From the NCBI RefSeq assembly GCF_037042905.1, contig NC_087247.1:12276001-12340000 (forward strand): a stretch of DNA of 64,000 nucleotides, given 5' to 3'. This document shows, one piece after another, positions 11,601 through 23,600 of the stretch. Within the stretch, counting starts at the first letter, position 1. The number at the start of each line of letters is the position of its first letter. A program made the translations under genes and the position numbers. Under the pieces are notes generated by a model. The model had not been told where the DNA came from. It ran no database searches and saw nothing but the letters and a program-made list of their open reading frames with translations. Origin of the DNA: Lytechinus pictus. Taxonomy: Eukaryota.

Positions 11601-14600
11601 TTTGTTGGAACTGTGATTTAAGTTTTTGGAATGTTTACATGTTTCATGTCAGCCATGCCATCATATCATTTTAAAAGCAGAAAACTTGTAGGTATATGTA
11701 TGTATATAACAATTGTCCCAAAATGTTTATTTGTGCCATGTTTTACAAAAAAATACACTCTTTTTGTAGGGTCTTGGAATGATGACTACATTGACCTTAC
11801 CTGTTTACAACACATCAACTTATACTGTAAGTAGTTTTTATTTCAGTGGTTACTCCCTGGCTTAGCTTATTTCAATCTTGTAAATCTTTCTATTACCATT
11901 TATGCTATGAAGATGAGTATTGCAATTGAAAGGTCTTTTCATATTTTCTTATGACTGTATTGAAAGTTGATGTGGTAAATGAGAACACTTCATTGTGTTG
12001 GTGCAAGAATGCCCCTAACACCACACTTTCGCATATCGCATGGGCACAAAAATGCACTGAGCAGCATGCATTAGTGCATTGCAACTATGCGGTGTGCAAG
12101 AATGTTTTGCAAAAGGGCGTTCTTGCACCGACACAACAACTTACTTTACCTTTCCATCGAGTAAATGGCACGAGTGTTATCTTCATCTGATGAACAACAA
12201 ATCAATCTAGAGGCTGAGTTGAAAGTGAGATGAGTATTGCTTTCCGATATTATATATATTTCACCCCAGATAATTTATTTTGCATTAATGAAGAATATAT
12301 ACGCACCAAACAAGCTGGAAGTCCCCCTTGATCTTAGATGATTATTTTAAAGAATAGAAATTTCAGAGGATCACATTGATGATGCTTGGCATAACTAAAG
12401 CCATCAATAAACAGCAATTATTTATTGATTTTCATTTTATTTTTATTTTGCGACCTCAAATGCTCTCCATAGGTCATGTATTATAAAGTCCACAATTTGC
12501 AATTGTCAGAAAAAATTGAACACGATTTTACCTGTTCATTCAGTATGTACTCAGATGCAATCAGATGCTTATATGAAAATATGTATTTGATAATCAAGAA
12601 CCACTAAAAAAATACACGTTTAAGAATTTAGAACAAATTGCTTATGGAGGAGTTGCTTGAATGTGATGTTACCGGATTAAAACTACTGGTATGAAAATTA
12701 TTAATATTCATCCTTGTTTGGGTTTTAGCCAAACCTTTGTGACTTTGTTTCTTTTACCTTTTTTTCCTGTTTAAAAGTTAATATTGGAATGGACTTCGTC
12801 TTGGAAGCCTGAATTCACAATATCATTCAACCTCAGGAACTTCTTTATTGCAATGCCCTTTCAAGAAATCTCAGAATGAAATTATGGTCAACATTCATAA
12901 GAATGGTTTTGAATGGATTGTTGATACATGGATTGTGCATGTTTAATACATTGATTAATGACGTGCATACTGTACATTGAGAAAAGGTCAATGGATGAAT
13001 ATGTACATTTTTCATAGGGTGTTGAAATTTATGCTCATTGCCATGGGTTGAATATAGGCCTAATACTCTTTACAGACTTAAATCAAAAGATAAAGAGTTC
13101 ATTAATGCTAAAATGTTTTAAAAAATAAAATTTTATGCCCATTCATTTTGTCTCTCAGTATTAATCATGAACAGAAAACAGTGCACTTAGAAATGCTTGT
13201 ATTGAGCATCCTATTAATTTTTTGTATTATAGTTATTATTACTAACAATCATGAATTTAGTGCCCTGTGAGCACAGTTTGTATATATTCACAATTTTTTT
13301 GTTTCAATATGCTTGCAGTCTGCATAAACCTGATGCAAGATCACCTTTGTGAATTCTGGATTGTTTATTTTACACATCCACATAAGAAATGTTCACTTTT
13401 TTTCCATTTATGTAATTTTGTGTACATACTACATGTTATAAAGCACTTTTTACTCTTGGTTTATAGAGGGTTAAGCAGTACCGCTTTATACTTGTGGTTT
13501 ACACATTTCACTGAATTCCAGCGGAATTGTTTATTGTGTATAACAGAGTTATGACGGCTCTGACATCGCATTAATATCAAGTGCCTTTTTTGTTTGACTT
13601 CTTCATCAAAGGATCCTGGATCTAATGAAACTCGAAAGGTAGTATTATCATGCCAAAACATTTATAAAAGACTTCCTTTGATCCCCGTTGCCCTCCTCCT
13701 ACCTTTTATTATGTATACCTCAAACCAGAGCATGTTCATCTTCATCGATAAAACATTGCTTTGCCTTTTTCATTAGCATTCATGTATAATCAGTTCCAGT
13801 GTATATTTTTTTTCTTCACTTTGCTTCCGATTTGGTTATATCTTTTGCTGAGGATTTGGGGGTTTTAACAGGGGCATGAAGTCAACTTTAGTTTATTTCT
13901 GTTAAAAAATCATCGTGCATGCCATGTGAATTCATTTTCAAGTGCTCTGTTTAATAGTGGTATTTTTCTTTGGATTTTTAGAGAGGTAATTTGAGATGGA
14001 AAATTTGTCCTTTGTTATGATGACAATATTGAACTTCAAATGATTCAAGCTATTCTAGATTATTGAGCTAATATGTTAAACACTAGGCCCATCCAGATTG
14101 TTTATTTCAGTTTATTGCTGAATTAAGTTTATAATTGTTATTTTTGTGACCTTTTTGTGCCTTAATCATGCTTTTCCAATGGAGCTTTTTCCAAATCAAT
14201 GGTATCACTTCAATCTGTTGCACATTCACTAGAAAATTGTCTATAGCACTCATTCAAATCATCATATAGTGCTAGTTGACTGTCTACCAATATCATTTGC
14301 ACAATTACATTTGACGTGAAAATTTTAATTTTTATCATTATCCTTGTTGAAGCCTTGTGGAAGTATGAAGAATCATTTATTTAGTTAATCAATTTCAGCT
14401 CAGAATTCTGTATAAAGCTGTGTTTTTTATGTAAGGGTAGTGACAGGTTTGCCATTGATCAGCATGAGAAAGAGTCATTTTTTATTTTATGATCTGGGGG
14501 CCGTAACACAAAGCTTGGCAATCATTTTAGAACATGTTTTTACAATTGATTGCATTGACTACAATGTACGATCAATTGTGGAAATCAAGTGTACGATTAA

Positions 14601-17600
14601 TCGCTAAAATTTGTGTTAAGGAGCCCAGTACAAGTACCAACTGAATAACTATTTGCTTTGATCTGGTTCTCCATATGATATTTCCAGGACCTGTATTCCA
14701 TCCAAGATACCCTGCCAACCAATCCTGTATTCACTATTACTTTTCTATTAAAAAAAGAATAATTATTATTATTATTATTCTTTTTTTGGGGGGGGGTTTA
14801 TTGACGCTGTTTTACTTCGATATGTCCATTTATGGGTGGCGGAGCAGAGGACACCCCCCCCAACACAAAAGAAAAATCCTCTGCTCCGCCGCCCATGCCT
14901 ATGTCACTCTTTCTAACATGATCTCCACAGTTCAATGGGATTTCATTTGGTATTTAATGAAGTCACTTTTTATGCCATTAAGACTTCCCAGATATCCTCC
15001 CCTCTAGTCCTGTATTTATTCAATTTCTTTTTATTGTATTGATATTCCCCCCCCCATGAGTACTCTGTCTAACACGATTTCCACATTTCACTGGGATTTG
15101 GTTTTGTACTTGATAAAGTCATTTTAAATTTATGTTGTTTAATAAAACCTCCCAGATACCCTCCTCTCCAGTCCTGTATTTATTCATATATTTTTTTGTT
15201 AGCACTCATTTCTTCCCTTGAGAACTCTCTCTAAACAGGAGAGCCACAGTCCAATGGGATTTGATTTGGTATTTAATAAAGTTACTTTTTATGCCATTTA
15301 AACTTTTTTTTTGTTTTTGACCTGTATCCATTATTCAAATTTAATATCTTGTCTTGAAATTCCTTTACCCCCTCAACCCAAACCCCATCATATTTTGCTG
15401 TTAATCATCCCATTTTTATGGTCAACTTTGAGCATATTCAACCCCATCCCCTTTGAAAATATTAATTCACTCATGTATTTCTTACAATCCCTGTATTCAT
15501 TGTTATCTCATACCTTTGATATCTTTATCCATATCGAGTTTGAACCCTTATCCTTCTCCTAATGGTGGGACTAGTAAACGGAGAGAATATTTTTTTCTAT
15601 AGATGTAAATGTAACTTTGAGTATACGTTTATTTAAAACTTTGTACTCAGAATGCATTATATGTAGGTTAGACTATTTTGCTTTGGATAATTTGCATTGA
15701 TTATTTTCTTTTGAACGGATTTGCCTTGGTTTCACCATTTTATTTCTCTCTTGGTTTACATCTCCTACACAATTACATTCAGAGGCTGTTTTAATAATCA
15801 AATAATTAAAAAGATATACAGTAATAATGCAATTTTTCATCAAGAGGGAGAATAAGCAAGTGTACTTCACTGGCGTACAGATGGGGGGGGGGGGGGCAAA
15901 ATTTTCACGCCAAACAAAGGAGGATAAGTAAGAAAGGAAGGGAAAACAGTGAAATAGGATATCGTTTTCTGAAATGTTATGTCAAAATGTATCACAAAAT
16001 TTGTTTTTTTTTATTTAAAAAAAAAAAAATTTTGTTAAAAGAAATTAATTTTGTCCCATATAGACCTACCATGTCTTGCCCCCTCAAGATTTCTTTGGCC
16101 ATTCTTGGTCACGTGTATGACCAAAAATATGACAAATATTGATTTTAATTAGTTATAAAAATCTAAAAATTGTAGAGATTTAGTAATGTTTAGACAGCTA
16201 TTATTTGGAAATAGTTATTGCTGTCACCAATATGCAGGTTCAAGGTCAGAGGTCAAAAGAAGCAGGTCACGTGTGTGACTTCACACAGAAGCATGATTTT
16301 GAAAGTTTGAAAGTTTAATTTCATTTTGAAATTCCTGTTAATTTCAAAATGAAATGAAACTTTCGAAATCATCATAATTAGTTATAAATCTCTAAAATTT
16401 ATAAGTCATTATTTCGGTCACATGCATGACCGAGAATGGCCCTTTATGGCTCATTACACTACTGGTGCACTTGTAGTTGTGGCATTATGTACATAATAAA
16501 TCAAGAGATCTGGTCAACATGAGGAGGACTGCATGATTTATTAACACCAACTTAAACCCATTGGACAAGATTTGAGTATTATTATGTCTCCTAGTGACCA
16601 CATTCTTGGTTATCTTTGGCCTGGGGCTTTGTGTCAAAATCTGATATTGTCTTGATGAATTAACTTAAAATAGTAACAAAATCTTTAATCCAGGAATAAA
16701 AGTCGTAGTGGTTCTCCTAGACTATGGAGAGCAAAATAATTGGGTCTAAAAAAATGGGTGGTGTTGACACCTTTGTAACCATTCTCTTCTCAAATGCAAT
16801 GAATTAAGGATGATATCCATTTTTGAATAGTTTTTCTTTCTGTTTTCTTTTTCTGATTTATAACAATCTGAGGCAATATTTTTGTCGGAAATAGTACCAA
16901 GAGATTATGATGAAAATGTAAGGCAAATGTAAAATGTAATTCCACCCAAACTAAAATAGAGTACTGGTAATTCTTGAAACAAAAACTGGTCATAAGCAAA
17001 AGAAAAAAAATGTGGCAGATTTGTTCTTACACTTGCTGAATAACTTTTTTGAAAACTGCAAAGTGATTCATCAAGTTACATAGGAGTGAGTACACAGGAG
17101 TCTGGAACACTCAGACTAACTAATTTGCTTCCAAAGCTATTGTGGGAACTTAATTTTTGTGTTATATTTGAATGAGAGATGTGTTAACTAACTTTTGTCA
17201 TTATGGAAGGTATGTCAATGCTTTACATTTATGTTTTATTTAAAGAAATTGTGTATTTTGTTTCTATTCCATGCTTGTCAAAACCAGAGTCAGCAGTTGC
17301 TTGGTGTTGTGGGGACTGATATCACTACCAAGAACATGGCCGATACAGTTCCTATGAACAAGGTATTTATCTCCTTTATCTTTCATGTGCAAAGCCTACA
17401 GTTAGTTTAAGTTGATAAATCATCAAAATTTTAAACTTGTGTAACATAAAACAGAATGTCAAGACAGTGATCGTGGTTGAGTGAAACTTGCCAGATTAAT
17501 TGTTGCTATATTTGTTGCTCTTCAGTTGGTATTGTTACTATTTCACGAAGCAAAGAAATATATCTTTTGGGGATCATTTAGGGTCTTCTTTGGAATGATT

Positions 17601-20600
17601 TATATGAAATCCCTATTGGCCAAAATTACATCATTACACTTGAAGCGAAGGGAATATTTCTTGAAGTTCAAGGAATCATGTTTGGTGTCTGTCTTCAGTC
17701 TCTTATATCACAGAAAAGGATGATAACAATAAAAAGATTTTATGTTGTGCACATCACAAAAAGCAAGTATGTCTCTATGTGCCACGGGCGTAGATTCGAG
17801 CAGTGTACCTGTTGTTCAGGGGGAATGATCTATTGTTTCACCCCCCTGAATAGCGTGACGTCACGGCTCTATGCCAATGCTGTGTGTTTCAGAACATAGA
17901 GAAAAGAAAGAGTCATGTCACTGAGTTCACTTTGTTTAATTGAGGTACATTTTGAAATAAGTAAGTTTTAAGAACTGTTTTGAATTTGTCTAATGTGTCA
18001 GTTGTTTTAAGTGAATTTGGAAAAGCTATGCCATTTAATCTGGGGCAGCACAAGCAAATGAATGTTTGCAATATGTTTTTGTCTCACCTGCATAGCAGAG
18101 TGAGACTATAGGCGCCGCTTTTCCGACGGCGACGGCGGCGGCGGCGGCGTCAACACCAAATCTTAACCTGAGGTTAAGTTTTTGAAATGACAGCATAACT
18201 TAGAAAGTATATGGACCTAGTTCATGAAACTTGGCCATAAGGTTAATCAAGTATTACTGAACATCCTGCCTGAGTTTCATGTCACATGACCAAGGTCAAA
18301 GGTCATTTAGGGTCAATGAACTTAGACCATGTTGGGGGAATCAACATCAAAATCTTAACCTAAGGTTAAGTTTTTGAAATGTCATCATAACTTAGAAAAT
18401 ATATGGACCTAGTTCATGAAACTTATACATAAGGTTAATCAAGTATCACTGAACATCCTGCATGAGTTTCACGTCACATGACCAAGGTCAAAGGTCATTT
18501 AGGGTCAATGAACTTTGGCCGAATTGGGGGTATCTGTTGAATTACCATCATAACTTTGAAAGTTTATGGATCTGATTCATGAAACTTGGACATAATAGTA
18601 ATCAAGTATTACTGAACATCCTGTGCAAGTTTCAGGTCACATGATCAAGGTCAAAGGTCATTTAGGGTCAATGAACTTTGGCCAAATTGGGGTATTTGTT
18701 GAATTACAGCCATAAATTTGAAAGTGTGTTGGTCTAGTTCATAAAACTTGGACATAATAGTAATCAAGTATCACTGAACATCCTGTGCGAGTTTCAGGTC
18801 ACATGATCAAGGTCAAAGGTCATGTAAGGTCAAAGAACTTTGGCCACGTTGGGGGTATTTGTTGAATTGCCATCATATCTCTATAAGTGTATTGGTCTAG
18901 TTCATAAAACGTGGAAATAAGAGTAACCAAGTATCACTGAACATCTTGTGCGAGTTATAGTAGTTTTCAAAATCAGCACTGCTGCTATATTGAATCGCGT
19001 GATGCAGGTGAGACGGCCAGAGGCATTCCACTTGTTGTAAAGATAGAATGAATGATTAAAGGATTCATTCTGAACTTAACATGGTGAGATGATTGCTGAT
19101 TTCTTGTGACATCTTCCAGGAAACATTAACAATTTTGGGTGCTATGAAAGTACAGCTCCCCCTCATTTATTGTTATCATCCTTCAAAATTGATTGTTATC
19201 ATTATCTGAACTTTGCTCACTCTATTTCTTAAGCAAGACACAAATCTGTGCAATTTTCTTGATATTGTGATTGCTCATTGTTTTTATGGGTAAGAAATAG
19301 ATTTACATAGTTTAGTATTAGGCTATGTGGAAGTCCGGGCCCCGTTGCATAAAAGTAGTCATTATGGTAACTTGCATGGAATCCTTGATTTTGATAGGCT
19401 GTTGATCATCGTAACCATGGTAGTTACCATTGGATGGCAAAGTTACCATAATAGTAACGTTTATGCAACGGGGCCCTGTTCTTTGTTTCAACTTTATGCT
19501 TGATGTGACTATGGGCAAGCAAATCACAATATTTCAGTGAACAATATCAGTCAATTTATGAACAATAAATTGAGCAATACTGGTATTTGAAATATCAAAT
19601 AAGGAGAGTGCTTTACGGAATAAGGAGTGATAAGATGGTTTCTGCATGGCGTTGCTTCTTTACTAACCGCATGTTGTCATAGCAACATAATCTCGCAGTG
19701 ATAAGTATATAGGGTTAGCATCCTCATCATTTCAATTGATATTACACATATACTATTTCTGGTTGCGTTAGAATGTTGTTTTCAGTTTGGAGTGTAACTT
19801 CAGCATGTTGAACCGGGTATTTTGATATAACGTATTTTTGGTCAATGCACATCATCATCATCATCATCATCGTCATCATAATCATCAATATCATCAATTT
19901 AAATTTTATTGGAATAAACTATGGCAATCAGGCTGTATGAATCTGAGAAAAATCAATTTGATTCTGGAGAGAAAGTTTCTTATTTACATTATCAAGAAAA
20001 CTATGTGAATCCCCTGTAAGGTAATATCAAAATTGATGTTTTGTACTGAAAAATCCTTATCTCTTCTTTATAGAAAAATATCACAGTACTTCAGAGTAAA
20101 ATCTAATTATGGTTCATTTAATTTTTGTATCTGCAAAGTATGAGTGCTTTAGAGAAAGCAACACGCTTTTATGAAAGAACGGATTTCAAGTATGTAGTGA
20201 AATGCACATTCTGGATATTTATGTTATTCCTTCCTTCATGTATGCACTTCTGAGAAAGTGAAACGGTTTATAATCACTTGGTCTACCGTCCTCTCAGATA
20301 GTCTAATACCACATTGGCTTAACCCATTCGGACAAGTTTAAATTCAGTCTAATAAACATTTTGTCTAATGACCAGTTGGTCTAATTTCTATTTTCATCTA
20401 CTTGTCAGTTATCAGTTTTTACTTTGTCAACTGAATTGTGGTTTGAAAATAGTCATTCTAACCAGTTATTAAACCAAGTGGATATTGGATGTAGACTAAG
20501 AGGCAGTTAGATTAACTTTTGATTAAAATAAGCGCCTTTGAATGTCTTTGACAGATATATGTCGCTATACAAATGCTGTGTGTCATCATCATCATCATCA

Positions 20601-23600
20601 AAATAACTGATTGTAGATAAAAAAGGATTAGACTATGAGACCAAACGGGCTGTAGACAAAGTTCTTATGAACCAGTCGGCAATTTACTTGTGTAAATGGT
20701 AGAAATCACAGCACTTCTCTCTCTGGAAAACTCAAGAAAAATATATATCACTTGATGTCGTTTGATCCTATCTTTTTTTCAGCCTGAGTATAATTCTTCA
20801 TTCAGTCAATCTGTAAGTGTGTGATGTGTTACGCCGCAATATTCTATTAACCCGAGCATGTGTAGCCGGATGTGTAAAGTACTTTCTGTAAACCTGTTTT
20901 TTCCTCTCTAACTATTCTTCCTTTATTAGTGAAGCAGTGTGTTATAGACTACTATGTAGTTATAGTTGAACTTGTATGCGTATTCATTAAATATGTCATA
21001 TGTTGTTCAATGTGTTTGCATTGTCACTAATGCTTCTTCTGTAGATGTCATGCTACTTTAACATAAAACTGCAGTTGCCTTGGCAATACTAACACCACTA
21101 TTGAATCTTATTTAAGTACTGGGGCCAATAATTATAAGCTAGAAGTTTGTATTGTCATTAAGAAAGAGCTCATTACTCAAAATAACCATGATTATACTAT
21201 ATACGTATTCATGATTAATTCGTTGTATAAACAAATTTATTAATTGTTCATTTTTCATCTTACTATAACTGAGCTAGAAGTTTGTTTTGTCATTAAGAAA
21301 GCTATAATTCATTACTCAAAATAACCATGATTATACTATATACGTATTCATGATTAATTTGTTGTATAAACAAATTTATTAATTGTTCATTTTTCATCTT
21401 ACTATAACTGAGCTAGAAGTTTGTTTTGTCATTAAGAAAGCTATAATTCATTACTCAAAATAACCATGATTATACCATATACGTATTCATGATTAATTCG
21501 TTGTATAAACAAATTTATTAATTGTTCACTTTTCATCTTACTATAACTGAGCTAGAAGTTTGTTTTGTCATTAAGAAAGCTATAAATCATTACTCAAAAT
21601 AACCATGATTATACTATATACGTAATCATGATTAATTAGTCGTATAAACAAATTTATTCATTGTTCATTTTTCATCTTACTATAAACATTTTTCACCTTT
21701 TGTACATTCATCCAATATTTTGTTTTATTTTTATTTTTTTTCATTTTGTATCTCATATTAATCCATCTTTGAATTGTTTATCATTTATTAAACTTCATTA
21801 ATCTCTTCTTCACATTCTTGTCTGGCCCACTGGAGTTAAATTCAAGAGTGAGGGATCCAAATGGGATCTGTACACCATCCATATGTAATAAATATCAAAG
21901 CTAGGGTGCAAGACTGTGGTGGTGATGACATGTCAAAGTCAAAGGTCATTTGAGGTCATATGTTTAATAAAGAACAATTGCAATACCTTTTTCTTAATTT
22001 TACTTGCAGATGCTTGGATATAACAATAAAACTTGGGTCTTATATGCCCTTTAGCATACCTTTACATTATCATGCTTTCTGAAGTCACTTAATAAGGTCA
22101 AAGGTCAGTTGGAGGTCAATTGGGGGTGTAAGGTCAAACATTACAGTGTACCTGCAAGAATTTCTCATTCTTTTCTGCTGAGATGTATAGTTGAGGAGGG
22201 AACGATGCAAGCGTTCTTAGAACGTAATTTGTGGGTGAGACACAATATGGTGAATGCCCAGTTTCTTTCATTTGTATACTTTGTTCTTTTGTTTTATTCA
22301 TCTCATTTTTAATCAGCTGTCAAGATTTCATTTACCATCGTATCTCTCATCACATAAGCTTGTAATTCACTCACATACATTTATTTGTCAGTATGGTTTT
22401 ATTAATCAATTGCTACTTTCAGTTCTCATTTCATTTTCATTGAATGTATATATTTATCAAAATTTAATTGTTATTCATAAGAAAAAAGTCATGCTGTAGG
22501 CTGTGATGTGTCAGGAATCCAAAAGTTTTGAGAGTCTGTGTTTAATACTCATTCTAAACAATGAAATGCTTGTATTTAACCAGGGGACCGTTTCATAAAG
22601 CTGTTCGTAAGTTAAGAGCGACTTTAAGAACGACTGGTGATCCTTTCTTGTGGTAAATAATATTCACCACTCATGTTTATTGGCAATTATTTTGCGTGTA
22701 AGAAAGGTTCACCAGTCGCTTTTAAATTCGCTCTTAACTTATGAACAGCTTTATAAAACACCCACCTGAACATATTCAAGCATTGGGCTGAACCCTTAAG
22801 AGTTACTGATAGTTTTATGTGATCATCATACAATTATTTTTAGAAAATCTTTTAAAACTAGTGGCCTTGACAATTGGGTGTGTATGACATTACACCTTCA
22901 TACTTCAAGGGGAATCCAACCTTCAAAATATAGATGACTTATGCTTGCTTAGATTTGAGTAAAACTGTTACAAAAGATTTTAGTCATATTGTGGATTGGA
23001 TCGAATGCCTTTTCCCAGCATCATAATGGCATCACATATGCCTTAATCCCCCTCTAAAATTATTTTTTTTAATCTTAACAACAGTCTTCCTCTTGGGTTG
23101 GATTCCCCTTAAGTATGTTTTTGTTAGTTGAAATGACAATTACATTTACCTTTCATTTAATTGCATGTTTCATGCTTTTTACATCTTAGTAATTTACATT
23201 TCCAATGTTTTACCTGTTGATATGATTGCTATCAGTTATACATGTTTTTGCTACATGGTTAACCTACATTTTTAATCTTTCATCATATTTCAATTTTCTA
23301 GTGTTCTTAGGAAACGAATAGGGGATACAGAATTTTCGTGTCACACATTGCATCTATTTGCGTCAGAAATAATATAACAATATAATATAATATATCTTTT
23401 AATATTATTGATTCATCCATTCATATTATTGATAAAATAATGATACACAGGTTACTTGAGCATCAGATTGTGCTGATATACCTTATTTTGTAGACAAACA
23501 TTCTGCCCTTGTAATCATCTAAATCTAGTAAATCTTGTATTATCTTCCCACCTCTAGTTTTTATTTGAAGATTGCATTGAATTAGCTATAGATTTTGCTT

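Noticed and set aside
19683-19713. Possible microexon after the ACTAAC/GCATG motif
   Set aside because: Available boundaries give weak donors or in-frame stops; no convincing exon.
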